Positions 37,335-47,193 of a stretch of 64,000 bases of DNA are shown one piece after another. Below the pieces are notes generated by a model, which worked only from the letters and a program-made list of their open reading frames with translations, was not told where the DNA came from and did not search any database. The stretch's first letter is position 1, and each line of letters begins with the position of its first letter. The stretch lies in assembly GCA_016432525.1 (NCBI GenBank), contig CP066693.1:614175-678174 (forward strand), written 5' to 3'. A program made the translations under genes and the position numbers. This stretch comes from Candidatus Woesebacteria bacterium. Its GTDB lineage: Bacteria > Patescibacteriota > Microgenomatia > UBA8517.

Positions 37335-40238
37335 ATGGAAAACTACATTAAAGTTAGAGGAGCCAGAGAACACAACCTCAAAAATATAGATCTTGATATT
37401 CCCAAAAATAAACTTGTGGTATTTACAGGAGTATCAGGTTCAGGCAAAAGCTCTCTTGCATTTGACACGATTTACGCAGAGGGCCAAAGGCGTTATGTCG
37501 AAAGTTTAAGCTCCTATGCTCGTCAATTTTTGGGAGTAATGCAAAAGCCAGACGTTGACTCAATCGAAGGTCTTTCTCCTGCAATTTCAATTGACCAAAA
37601 AACAACTTCCAAAAACCCTAGATCAACAGTCGGAACTGTCACAGAAATCTATGATTATTTGCGTCTTTTATTTGCCCGTGTAGGCCACCCTCATTGTCCT
37701 GTTTGTGGCAGGGAAATCTCAAATCAATCAGTTGAACAAATAGTTGAAAAAGTTACCGAAATCCTAAAAGGTAGATTTATGATCCTCTCTCCTATTGTTA
37801 AAGATAGAAAAGGTGAGTTTAGTGCTCTTTTTGAAAACATCAAGGCCCAAGGTTTCAAAAAGGTAAGAGTTGATGGGCAAGTTAAAGATTTAGATGAAGA
37901 TTTTGTTTTAATCAAAACAAATAAACACAATGTTGATGTCGTAATAGATAGGATTGTAGTTACTCCAAAAGATCTAAAAAATAAAATTTTCAAAGATAAT
38001 CTAAAAACCAGGCTTACTGATTCAATTGAACAATCCCTTAAACTCTCAGATGGTCTTGTTGTTGTCTCCCAAGTTTTGGATAAATCCTATGATTTTCCCG
38101 AGTTTCCTAAAACTTTTAATGATCATTTATTCTCTGAAAAGTTTGCTTGTCCAGTTGATAACATAGAGCTCCCTGAAATCGAGCCACGCCTTTTTTCTTT
38201 TAATACTCCACATGGAGCATGTCCTAGATGCACAGGAATTGGAAAGGTTATGGAGGTCAATCCAAAAGCTGTTTTTTCAGACGAAATTTCTATTCTAGAA
38301 GGTGGGATTTTACCCTTCTCAACCATCTTTGAACACGACACATGGTATGCAAAATTAATTAAAACAGTTTGTAGTGAAAATGGGATAGATTCCAAAAAAC
38401 CTCTAGGGCAAATTGACGAAAGCAAAAAAAACCTTCTTATTAATGGAACTGGTGATCGCATCTATCAGGTTTACGGTGAAAATAGGCATGGAAGATTAAC
38501 TTCCATTAATGAAAAATTTGATGGAATCAAGAAAAATTTAGAAAAAAGATATCACGAAACTGATTCTGACTACACAAAAATGGCCATTGAAAGATATATG
38601 TATCAAGCTGTTTGTCCAGCCTGTCTTGGAGCCCGTCTCAAAAAAGAAAGTCTAGGTATAACAATTGATTCAAAATCCATAAGTGATGTTACAAGTCTTA
38701 CAATTGACGAGTCAGCAAACTGGATTAAAAAAATCAAAAACACTTTATCAGAAAAAGAAAAAAATATTGGGGATTTAATTTTGAAAGAAATCGAATCTCG
38801 TCTTAATTTCCTTAAGGATGTAGGCCTTGAGTATTTAACTCTGGGAAGAGAAGCAGCATCTCTAGCTGGAGGCGAAGCCCAAAGAATTCGTCTTGCATCT
38901 CAAATCGGATCAGGTTTGACAGGAGTTTTGTATGTTTTAGACGAGCCAACAATTGGTCTTCATCCAAGGGATAATGGTAGGCTAATTAAAACTCTCAAAA
39001 AATTAAGAGATTTAGGAAACACTGTTTTGGTTGTAGAACACGACAAAGAAATGATGGAAGTTTGCGATTATCTTGTTGATTTTGGACCTGGGGCTGGCAA
39101 GTGGGGAGGAGTAGTTGTTAGTCAAGGAACTATTGAAAAAGTAAAAAAAGACAAAAACTCCCAAACTGGAAAATTTTTGTCAGGCAAAAAAGATATAAAT
39201 ATTCCAAATCCTCCTTCCGAATTTTTTAAAGAAGGTCAATTTTTGCATTTAATAGGTGCTTCTCAGTTTAATCTTAAAAATATAACTGTTGATTTCCCTC
39301 TCGGAAAATTAATTGCAATAACAGGAGTTTCAGGCTCAGGTAAATCAACTTTAATAGTCGATACTCTTTATCATGCTGTTGCCCAAAAGATAAACCGCGA
39401 ACACAAAGAAATTTCAGGTGCTTTTCAAAGAGTTGAGGGAATTGAAAATCTCAACAAAGTTATTTTGATGGATCAATCTCCAATTGGGAGAACTCCACGA
39501 AGTAATCCAGCAACCTATACCAAAATTTTTGATCTTATTAGAAAAATTTATGAAGGAACAAAAGAAAGTAGAATGCGTGGTTATAATGTTGGAAGATTTA
39601 GTTTTAATGTTAAAGGCGGCCGCTGTGAAGCTTGTGAAGGTCAAGGTCAAATCAAAATTGAGATGCAATTCATGCCGGATATTTGGGTAACTTGCGATGT
39701 TTGTCATGGAGCCCGCTATAATTCTCAAACTCTTGATATCGTCTACAAAGGCAAAAATATTTCTGAGGTACTCTCCTTTACAGTCTCAGAAGCAAAAGAA
39801 TTCTTCCATGCCCATATCCCAATTGTAACAAAGCTTGAAACTCTGGAAGAGGTAGGCCTTAATTACATGGAATTAGGACAGAGTGCTACCACACTTTCAG
39901 GTGGAGAGGCACAAAGAGTAAAGTTGGCATCAGAACTTGGTAAGCGCTCAACTGGTCGCACATTGTATATTCTTGATGAACCAACAACTGGTCTTCATTT
40001 TCTAGATCTAGAAAAGCTTCTTAAGATTTTAAAACTTTTAGTCTCCAAAGGCAATACTGTTATTGTAATCGAACATAATCTTGATATTGTCAAAAATGCT
40101 GATTGGGTAATAGATTTAGGGCCTGAAGGAGGAAACAAAGGCGGAGAAATAATTGCAGAAGGTTCACCAAGAGAACTTGCCAAAGTAAGCAATTCCTTTA
40201 CTGGTAAATACTTAAAGCAATATATTAAACTTCATTAA
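37335..40238 (+). CDS. uvrA: Excinuclease ABC subunit A
   Basis: Two ABC ATPase modules carry Walker A motifs GVSGSGKSSL and GVSGSGKSTL. Zinc-finger cysteines CPVCGRE and CPRCTG are present. Confidence 0.9.
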   Translation: MENYIKVRGAREHNLKNIDLDIPKNKLVVFTGVSGSGKSSLAFDTIYAEGQRRYVESLSSYARQFLGVMQKPDVDSIEGLSPAISIDQKTTSKNPRSTVGTVTEIYDYLRLLFARVGHPHCPVCGREISNQSVEQIVEKVTEILKGRFMILSPIVKDRKGEFSALFENIKAQGFKKVRVDGQVKDLDEDFVLIKTNKHNVDVVIDRIVVTPKDLKNKIFKDNLKTRLTDSIEQSLKLSDGLVVVSQVLDKSYDFPEFPKTFNDHLFSEKFACPVDNIELPEIEPRLFSFNTPHGACPRCTGIGKVMEVNPKAVFSDEISILEGGILPFSTIFEHDTWYAKLIKTVCSENGIDSKKPLGQIDESKKNLLINGTGDRIYQVYGENRHGRLTSINEKFDGIKKNLEKRYHETDSDYTKMAIERYMYQAVCPACLGARLKKESLGITIDSKSISDVTSLTIDESANWIKKIKNTLSEKEKNIGDLILKEIESRLNFLKDVGLEYLTLGREAASLAGGEAQRIRLASQIGSGLTGVLYVLDEPTIGLHPRDNGRLIKTLKKLRDLGNTVLVVEHDKEMMEVCDYLVDFGPGAGKWGGVVVSQGTIEKVKKDKNSQTGKFLSGKKDINIPNPPSEFFKEGQFLHLIGASQFNLKNITVDFPLGKLIAITGVSGSGKSTLIVDTLYHAVAQKINREHKEISGAFQRVEGIENLNKVILMDQSPIGRTPRSNPATYTKIFDLIRKIYEGTKESRMRGYNVGRFSFNVKGGRCEACEGQGQIKIEMQFMPDIWVTCDVCHGARYNSQTLDIVYKGKNISEVLSFTVSEAKEFFHAHIPIVTKLETLEEVGLNYMELGQSATTLSGGEAQRVKLASELGKRSTGRTLYILDEPTTGLHFLDLEKLLKILKLLVSKGNTVIVIEHNLDIVKNADWVIDLGPEGGNKGGEIIAEGSPRELAKVSNSFTGKYLKQYIKLH

Positions 40239-40243
40239 AGGTA

Positions 40244-42052
40244 ATGAAAAAAATTATTGTATTATTTTTGCTGACTCTTTTTTTTATTTTTCCCAAAAAA
40301 GCATTTGCTGACGAAAACTTCTTGTCTACAATCGACAGTACTTACCAAGTGGATGTGACAGGAGCAACTCGTGTTTCAAATACAATTTATCTTGAAAACA
40401 AAAAAACCAACATTTATGCCGTAAGCTACAGTCTAATTCTTACAGGTATAAAACCCGAGGATGTAACAGCAACTCAAGACAATGGCTCAAAACTTGATTT
40501 AACTACTCAAGAAAACAATGGATCTATAAAAGTAAATGTTAAGTTTCCTGATGCTATTGTTGGAATAGGTAACAAAAGAACATTTACATTAAACTATGTC
40601 AACAAAAACTTAGCAGTCAAAACAGGGGAAATCTGGGAAATTTCGATTCCGCGTCTTGAGTCACAAAATTCATTTGAATCATTTATTGTTCGCTTAAAAA
40701 TTCCCAAATCTTTAGGTAATCTTGCTTATATTTCTCCAAATGAAGATGAAGTTATAAATTCTCAAGATAGTACCAGCTACATTTTTAAAAACAATTCAAA
40801 TTCTCAAAATGGGATATCCGCAGCTTTTGGTAATTTTCAGGTTTTCGGTTTCGAACTAACATATCATTTGGAAAATCCAATCCCCATAAGCTCGCAAATA
40901 CAAATAGCTCTTCCTCCAGATACTGCTTACCAAAAAATGTATTATACAGATATTGCTCCAGACCCATCAAATGTCAGCATTGATCAAGACGGTAATTGGC
41001 AAGCACTGTATTACCTTAAGCCTGGAGATAGATTTGACGTAAAGACCAAAGGTTCAGTACAGATTTTCCCAAACCCTAGAAAAAATTATCAATCCCCGAC
41101 AACTGATTTAGGAGAGTATCTAAAACCAACTGAATTTTGGCAAACCCAGGACCCTCAAATTCAAAAGCTATCAAAAACTCTTAAAACTCCAAAGGCTATT
41201 TATGATTATGTAACTCAAAATCTAAAATATGACATTACAAGAGTAAAGCCAAACATTGAAAGGTTTGGAGCAATTAAAGCACTGGAAAATCCCAAAAACG
41301 CTATTTGTATGGAGTACACAGATCTTTTCATAGCTTTAGCCAGAGCTGCAGGGATTCCAGCCCGAGAAATTAACGGCTACGCTTACACCGAAAATCCAGA
41401 CATAGAGCCAATTTCTTTGGTCTCAGATGTTCTACATGCCTGGCCAGAATATTACGACTCAAAACTACAGTCATGGGTACCTGTTGATCCAACTTGGGGA
41501 TCAACATCAGGAATAGATTTTTTCTCAAAACTCGATCTTCGTCACTTTGTATTCGTAGTACACGGGCTTAATCCTAATTTACCTTACCCAGCCGGTTCCT
41601 ATAAATTAGGCACAAATCCCCAAAAAGACGTTTTTGTAAGTTTTGGAAAATTACCAATTTTAAGTAACCAAAATCCAGATCTTTCGATAAGTTTTTCTAA
41701 AGTTACTCTTAAAAATACAACTATAAATGCAATTTACAGTCCCAAAATAAATATTTTCTTTGACCAAAATCTCGCCCTTACCAGAACCATACCAGTTTTG
41801 CCACCTTTTGGATACTCAGAAGTAAATTTTGAAATTCCATCAGGATTTTTAGGGTTTGGTCTTCCTCAAACAGTCGATGCAAGGCTAGGTTCTCTTTCAG
41901 CAGTCTATTCTATCCCCAAAAACTTAGTTATTGTCAAAAATATTTCCTTAATTTTGCTGTGTATTCTTGTTCTAATCTTGGTAATCTTGCGCAAAAAAAT
42001 AGTAAAAATAGTAAAATTGACACATGCAAAAATTACCCAAAGATTTACCTGA
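40244..42052 (+). CDS. Transglutaminase-like (Cys-protease-fold) membrane-anchored exported protein
   Basis: Signal peptide is present. The transglutaminase core Cys context reads AICMEYTDLFIALARAAGIPAREINGYAY, with downstream His/Asp residues (HAWPEYYD...VPVDP). A C-terminal TM anchor is present. Confidence 0.65.
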   Translation: MKKIIVLFLLTLFFIFPKKAFADENFLSTIDSTYQVDVTGATRVSNTIYLENKKTNIYAVSYSLILTGIKPEDVTATQDNGSKLDLTTQENNGSIKVNVKFPDAIVGIGNKRTFTLNYVNKNLAVKTGEIWEISIPRLESQNSFESFIVRLKIPKSLGNLAYISPNEDEVINSQDSTSYIFKNNSNSQNGISAAFGNFQVFGFELTYHLENPIPISSQIQIALPPDTAYQKMYYTDIAPDPSNVSIDQDGNWQALYYLKPGDRFDVKTKGSVQIFPNPRKNYQSPTTDLGEYLKPTEFWQTQDPQIQKLSKTLKTPKAIYDYVTQNLKYDITRVKPNIERFGAIKALENPKNAICMEYTDLFIALARAAGIPAREINGYAYTENPDIEPISLVSDVLHAWPEYYDSKLQSWVPVDPTWGSTSGIDFFSKLDLRHFVFVVHGLNPNLPYPAGSYKLGTNPQKDVFVSFGKLPILSNQNPDLSISFSKVTLKNTTINAIYSPKINIFFDQNLALTRTIPVLPPFGYSEVNFEIPSGFLGFGLPQTVDARLGSLSAVYSIPKNLVIVKNISLILLCILVLILVILRKKIVKIVKLTHAKITQRFT

Positions 42053-43304
42053 AACTCCGGGAGTTTATATTTTCAAAAATTCAGATAATGTTCCTACATA
42101 TATTGGCAAAGCCAAAAATTTAAAAAGGAGAGTTTCTTCATATTTCAAAAGCAATCTTATAGGAAAAACAAAATTAATGGTAACCGAATCTGAAACTCTG
42201 TCCTACATCAAAGTAGATTCAGAATTTGAAAGCCTTCTTTTAGAAGCCAGACTGGTAAGGAAGTATATGCCTAAATACAATATCGAGTTAAAAGACGATA
42301 AATCTCCACTATATATTGCAATCACTAAGGACAATTATCCAATTATCAAAACTTTCAGAAGAACTGATTTTGGAAAAATTAAAACAAAGGCTTATTTTGG
42401 CCCATTTCCTCAAAGTTCTATCCCTAAAAAGGTCTTAAGAAACTTAAGATCAATTTTTCCTTATAGCGAACATTTACCCTCAAAAAGAGTTTGTATTTAC
42501 CGTGAACTCGGTTTATGTAACCCTTGCCCTTCAGAAATAGAATTAGAGACCAACCTCAAAACAAAAGAAATTTTAAGAAAAAAATATTTAAAAAACGTGA
42601 ATCAAATCAAAAAAATTTTAGACGGAAGGCTTACTCAGGTTAAAAAATTTCTAATTAAGCAAATGCAAGAGCTTTCAAATCAAGAAATGTTTGAACAAGC
42701 CCAAGAAGCCAAACAAAAACTCCAAGGTATAGAATATCTCCAAACTCGTGCCTCTCCCGAGGAATACCTTAAAAATCCCAATTTTTTGGTAGACATTAGA
42801 AATAGCGAATTAGAAAATCTGAAAAACATAATTTCAGGATACAAAAACATTAAGAAACTTGAAAGAATTGAGTGTTTTGATGTAGCTCACACTGCAGGAT
42901 CTTTTCCAACAGCTTCTATGGTAACTTTTATCAATGGTGAGCCAGAAAAATCTCTTTATAGACATTTCAGAGTCAAAAAAGGCAAAAAATCAGACGATCT
43001 TTCCCAAATGAGGGGAGTTTTAGAAAGGAGAAAAAAGCAGTTTAAAAACTGGAGCTATCCTGATTTAATTATAATTGATGGAGGAAAAACTCAGCTAAAA
43101 ACAGCAGAGGAAGTGATAACCGAAGTTCCAGTTGTGTCACTGGCTAAACGCTTTGAAACTATAATTGTAAAGGTGGATAATAAATATATAGAAAAAAGAT
43201 TGCCAATAGGGCCTGCCAAAAATCTGGTTCAGAGAATACGAAATGAAGCACATCGCTTTGCGCGAAGATATCACCACTATCTCATAAATAAAAATCTAAC
43301 ATGA
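42024..43304 (+). CDS. uvrC: Excinuclease ABC subunit C, short form (GIY-YIG plus RNase-H-like endonuclease domains)
   Basis: The GIY-YIG N-terminus reads GVYIFKNSDNVPTYIGKAKNLKRRVSSY. The C-terminal endonuclease region reads IECFDVAHTAGS. At 426 aa it lacks the canonical UvrBC-interaction and HhH regions. Confidence 0.7.
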   Translation: MQKLPKDLPETPGVYIFKNSDNVPTYIGKAKNLKRRVSSYFKSNLIGKTKLMVTESETLSYIKVDSEFESLLLEARLVRKYMPKYNIELKDDKSPLYIAITKDNYPIIKTFRRTDFGKIKTKAYFGPFPQSSIPKKVLRNLRSIFPYSEHLPSKRVCIYRELGLCNPCPSEIELETNLKTKEILRKKYLKNVNQIKKILDGRLTQVKKFLIKQMQELSNQEMFEQAQEAKQKLQGIEYLQTRASPEEYLKNPNFLVDIRNSELENLKNIISGYKNIKKLERIECFDVAHTAGSFPTASMVTFINGEPEKSLYRHFRVKKGKKSDDLSQMRGVLERRKKQFKNWSYPDLIIIDGGKTQLKTAEEVITEVPVVSLAKRFETIIVKVDNKYIEKRLPIGPAKNLVQRIRNEAHRFARRYHHYLINKNLT

Positions 43305-43702
43305 AAAGAGTATTGAGAACATTTATAATCCAAAGCATCTCTTTGTATATTGTTTCTCAAATTGCCCAGGGAATGGAATTTGAAAAAGGATTTCAAAGTT
43401 TGGTTTTTACAGGCCTTGCCCTGACAGTAGCATCATTTTTAGTTAAACCAATAGTCAATCTTCTTCTGATTCCAATTAACTTATTAACTTTTAATCTCTT
43501 CAGATTCGTAGGTAATGCAATTACTCTTTATCTAGTAGATCTTATTCTGCCTGAATTTAGAATAACTGTGTTTCATTTCACAGGCCTAAATTCAAGTCTT
43601 ATTTTTCTTCCAGAAATAGTTATAATCTTTCCCATTAGCTATCTAGCTTTCTCACTTCTAATTTCTATTATAAGTGGGGTGCTTCATTGGCTTGTGCGCT
43701 AA
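43301..43702 (+). CDS. Phage-holin-family-4 / YvlD-like (DUF360) small membrane protein
   Basis: Four TM helices with an LIPINLLTFNLFRFVGNAITLYLVD pattern. Confidence 0.45.
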   Translation: MKRVLRTFIIQSISLYIVSQIAQGMEFEKGFQSLVFTGLALTVASFLVKPIVNLLLIPINLLTFNLFRFVGNAITLYLVDLILPEFRITVFHFTGLNSSLIFLPEIVIIFPISYLAFSLLISIISGVLHWLVR

Positions 43703-43722
43703 GATAGAGTATAATTGATCTC

Positions 43723-43935
43723 ATGCAAAGCACACTTACTATCGCACAAATCATAGTTTCAGCCCTTCTTCTGGGAACTATTATTGTTCAGGTCAAAGGA
43801 ACAGGTTTTGGCCGTGTCTGGGGAAGCATCAACGCATCAACCACCCGCCGTGGTTTAGAAAGGCTAATTTTCCGCTCAACATTTGTCCTTGCTTTTGCTT
43901 TTATTCTCATATCAGTCCTTTCGCTTATAATCTAA
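43723..43935 (+). CDS. secG: Preprotein translocase subunit SecG
   Basis: A 70-aa protein with two TM helices and a central ...QVKGTGFG...RRGLERL... loop. Confidence 0.55.
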   Translation: MQSTLTIAQIIVSALLLGTIIVQVKGTGFGRVWGSINASTTRRGLERLIFRSTFVLAFAFILISVLSLII

Positions 43936-45252
43936 ATGCTACGAAACTTACGCTATCTGTTGCGTCTGACAAAGGCATTCATTTCGAAATTCAAAATAAT
44001 AATTCTCTTAAGTGTTATTTTTGGTTTTCTTTTCTTCCTGGCTATTTTCTTTGTTATACCTAGATTTTTTAATAAAACAAACGAAAGAATCGGCATAACC
44101 GGACGTTTCACAACTAACGATATTCCACAATCTATCCTTCTAAATATTAGCTCAGGCCTAACTTCTATAAACGATTCAGGTAAACCTATTGGAGCTCTAG
44201 CCAAAAGCTTTGAAACAACCGATAACGGTAAAACTTGGGTTTTCGAGCTTAAAGATAATATTTACTGGCAAGATGGAGAAAAAATTACTAGTAAAAGTAT
44301 TGATTATAATTTTGAAGATTTAACTCTAGACAATTCAGACCCCAAAAAGATAATTTTTAAACTCAAATCTCCTTTTTCACCTTTTCCAGTAATTGTATCT
44401 AAACCAATCTTCAAAAAAGGTCTTTTGGGCAATGGTCTTTGGCAAGTATCAAATATTTCTCTATCTTCAAATTATGTTGAAAGTCTTCTTTTGAAAGATA
44501 AAAAAGGTAATACCAAAACATTCAAATTTTATCCAAGCGAAGATAGTACTAAAACTGCTTTTAAGTTGGGCCAAATTGATAAAATTAGTGACTTAATTGA
44601 CCCTTCACCGTTTACAAATTGGAAAACAGCCAAGTTTCAAAAAAATATAGACGAGCATCAAGTAGTTGCAGTTTTTTTTAACACAAAAGAAGGAGGTCCA
44701 TTGTCAGATAAAAATATTCGCCAAGGCCTTTATTATGCAATAGACAAATCAAGTCTAGGAGAAAGAGCAGTAAGCTCAATTGCTCCAACTTCATGGGCTT
44801 ATAATTCTCAAACTAAGCCTTATGATTACGATCCTAAAAAAGCTAAAGATTTACTATCAGATTTTGTAAAAAAAACAGCCCCAATTACTCTTCTAACAAC
44901 TCCAAGTTTATTAGATAATGCTCAAAAAATCGTAAATGATTGGCAAAAAATAGGAGTAAAAGCCCAAGTTCAAGTTACCCTTACAATTCCAACTGATTAC
45001 CAAGCTCTTTTAGCAATCTATGATATTCCACAAGATCCCGATCAATACACAACTTGGCATTCTACTCAAATAGAAACCAACATAACTCGCTATTCAAACC
45101 CTAGAATTGACAAGCTCTTAGAAGACGGAAGAACTGAAGTTGATCAAGAAAAAAGAAAGAAAATTTATCTTGATTTTCAAAGATTCCTCTCTGAAGATGC
45201 ACCAGCAGCCTTTCTTTATCACCCCGCTTATTACACTGTTACCAAAAAATAA
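43936..45252 (+). CDS. Membrane-anchored solute-binding protein, family 5 (peptide/nickel-binding-like)
   Basis: An N-terminal TM helix is followed by the SBP_bac_5-like segments ...NIRQGLYYAIDK... and ...FLYHPAYYTVTKK. Confidence 0.5.
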   Translation: MLRNLRYLLRLTKAFISKFKIIILLSVIFGFLFFLAIFFVIPRFFNKTNERIGITGRFTTNDIPQSILLNISSGLTSINDSGKPIGALAKSFETTDNGKTWVFELKDNIYWQDGEKITSKSIDYNFEDLTLDNSDPKKIIFKLKSPFSPFPVIVSKPIFKKGLLGNGLWQVSNISLSSNYVESLLLKDKKGNTKTFKFYPSEDSTKTAFKLGQIDKISDLIDPSPFTNWKTAKFQKNIDEHQVVAVFFNTKEGGPLSDKNIRQGLYYAIDKSSLGERAVSSIAPTSWAYNSQTKPYDYDPKKAKDLLSDFVKKTAPITLLTTPSLLDNAQKIVNDWQKIGVKAQVQVTLTIPTDYQALLAIYDIPQDPDQYTTWHSTQIETNITRYSNPRIDKLLEDGRTEVDQEKRKKIYLDFQRFLSEDAPAAFLYHPAYYTVTKK

Positions 45253-45253
45253 A

Positions 45254-45475
45254 TCACTTCTTAACTTCAATTATTCCACTTACCTCAGCGTTTTTATTTT
45301 GAAGATCGGCTAAAGGTCTGGTAGTTGGTGCTGTAGAATGTGTAGCTCTCTCAACTCTTTGTTTTCTTGCCAATCTTTCCTCTTGAGCTCTATATGGATC
45401 ATATTTAAGTTTAATATCATCTGGAACAAGTTTAAAACCTATTCTAGGTTCTGGTTTTGTCGTCTCTTCTGCCAT
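45254..45475 (-). CDS. Hypothetical small protein (73 aa)
   Basis: A -10 TAAAAT lies 6 nt from the ATG, suggesting a leaderless transcript. No family was recognised. Confidence 0.3.
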   Translation of the reverse strand: MAEETTKPEPRIGFKLVPDDIKLKYDPYRAQEERLARKQRVERATHSTAPTTRPLADLQNKNAEVSGIIEVKK

Positions 45476-45545
45476 AGTAAAATTTTAACATAAAAAATTC
45501 TCTTCTTGAAGTCACCACTCTTATTTCTGTACAATCTACTCTGTA

Positions 45546-46205
45546 GTGGTAAGTAAAAAACTATTATTTGCAATTGTCATAATTTTAATCGTAGGAGTAT
45601 TTGGATTTGTTATTATTTCCAAAAACAAGCCAACCAAAACAACAGTAATAAATTTAGAAACTAACCAAACATCAATGCCACAAAATTCAAAAACATGGGA
45701 CAAATCTCCCGCAATGTCCATAGATACTAATAAAAAATACGCTGCGTTAATTAAAACAACAGAAGGTAATATTGTAATTGATTTAGATATAAAAGAAACT
45801 CCAATTACAGTCAATAATTTTGTTTTCCTAGCTAAAAATAATTTCTACGACAACACAATTTTCCACAGAGTAGTTAAAAATTTCATGATTCAAGGAGGAG
45901 ACCCGGCAGGTGATGGAACTGGAGGTCCCGGCTACACTTTCGATGATGAACCAATCACAAAAGATTACAAAAGAGGAACTATTGCAATGGCTAATAGGGG
46001 TCCAAACACCAATGGTAGCCAGTTTTTTATAATGCACCAGGATTATCCTCTTCCAAAAAATTACGTTATTTTTGGATCAGTATCAAACGGCCTCGAAGTT
46101 TTAGATAAAATTGCAAAGGCCGATGTCGTAACAGCTCAATCAGGCGAGCTCTCCAAACCAGTTAACCCAGTCAAAATTCTTACAATCGAAATAAATGAGT
46201 ACTAA
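45546..46205 (+). CDS. Membrane-anchored cyclophilin-type peptidyl-prolyl cis-trans isomerase
   Basis: The cyclophilin core reads HRVVKNFMIQGGDPAGDGTGGPGYTFDDE. An N-terminal TM helix is present. The start is a GTG, with upstream TTGAAG, 18-nt spacer, TACAAT. Confidence 0.85.
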   Translation: MVSKKLLFAIVIILIVGVFGFVIISKNKPTKTTVINLETNQTSMPQNSKTWDKSPAMSIDTNKKYAALIKTTEGNIVIDLDIKETPITVNNFVFLAKNNFYDNTIFHRVVKNFMIQGGDPAGDGTGGPGYTFDDEPITKDYKRGTIAMANRGPNTNGSQFFIMHQDYPLPKNYVIFGSVSNGLEVLDKIAKADVVTAQSGELSKPVNPVKILTIEINEY

Positions 46206-46689
46206 CTTATTTTTGCTTCGCCACGCTGAGACATTTGCAACCATAAATTCAGAGCCAGGAAAAGAGAAGTATCACGACAAAGTCTTAACTGCAGACATTT
46301 TAAAATCCACAGTTACTCCAATAATAGAAATTTCAAAATATTTAAAAAAAATAGATACAGAAAAGAATTTAACCTCTCCAGTAAAAAGATGCCGTCAAAC
46401 TGTAGAAATTATTACCAAGCATTCAGCTAAAAAGTTTGAAATAGACGAAGATCTAAGAGAATACTATATGGAAAATTTTGAGAGCTTAAAAAATCGTGTG
46501 GAAAATTTAGTTAAAAAAACAAATAAATACAAAAATGTTCTAATTTGCACCCATGGTGCAGTGATAGCAGGCATAAAACACTTAATTTTAGAAAATGATT
46601 TCAAGTTCGAAGATATTCATGATTACCCTAAACCAGGAGTATTAATAATTATTAAAGACAAAAAAATAGAAGAAAAAGATTTTAACTAA
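46195..46689 (+). CDS. Histidine phosphatase (phosphoglycerate-mutase-like) family protein
   Basis: N-terminus reads LFLLRHAETF (RHG-type motif), with the catalytic His context CTHGAVIAG further along. Confidence 0.7.
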   Translation: MSTNLFLLRHAETFATINSEPGKEKYHDKVLTADILKSTVTPIIEISKYLKKIDTEKNLTSPVKRCRQTVEIITKHSAKKFEIDEDLREYYMENFESLKNRVENLVKKTNKYKNVLICTHGAVIAGIKHLILENDFKFEDIHDYPKPGVLIIIKDKKIEEKDFN

Positions 46690-46700
46690 AATCTGGTATA

Positions 46701-47078
46701 ATGAATAATAGTATGCCAAAGACTATTTTGCTTGTAGAAGATGATGTAGCTCTCGCTAAAATGTATTCAACCAAGTTTGCACTCGAGGGCTTTAATGTAA
46801 AAATTGCCAGATCTGGTGATGAGGGCCTAAACATGGCCTTAACCGAAAAGCCTGATCTTATCTTGCTTGACATGATGCTTCCAAAGGTAAGCGGAGATGT
46901 CATCCTTCAAAAAATCAAAAATGATTCCAGTGCAAAAAATATACCAGTTATTGTGTTAAGTAACTTAACAGTAACCAAAGAAGCTCAGGAAGCAGTTAGG
47001 CTCGGAGCAAAAGAATATTTAGCCAAAGCAATGCATACTCCAGAACAGATAGTTGAAAAAGTTAAAAAATACATATAG
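46701..47078 (+). CDS. Single-domain response regulator (CheY-like receiver only)
   Basis: Receiver motifs are present: ILLVEDD, the phospho-acceptor Asp in LILLDMMLP, then VIVLSN and the Lys of EYLAK. No output domain is present. Confidence 0.8.
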   Translation: MNNSMPKTILLVEDDVALAKMYSTKFALEGFNVKIARSGDEGLNMALTEKPDLILLDMMLPKVSGDVILQKIKNDSSAKNIPVIVLSNLTVTKEAQEAVRLGAKEYLAKAMHTPEQIVEKVKKYI

Positions 47079-47114
47079 TATATAATCTCCGTCTAAAAAT
47101 AACCTGTATATAGT

Positions 47115-47143
47115 TTGCAAACAACAAGCTCATTTGATATAAT
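47115..47143 (+). promoter_or_regulatory. Strong promoter TTGCAA, 17-nt spacer, TGaTATAAT driving the 47194-63324 glycan operon
   Basis: The -35 sits at 47115-47120 and the extended -10 at 47135-47143. The leader is about 50 nt with no clear Shine-Dalgarno. Confidence 0.55.
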
Positions 47144-47193
47144 CCTGTAGTAGTTAATTATAAGCATTCAGCTTCTGATTCCTATTACACATT

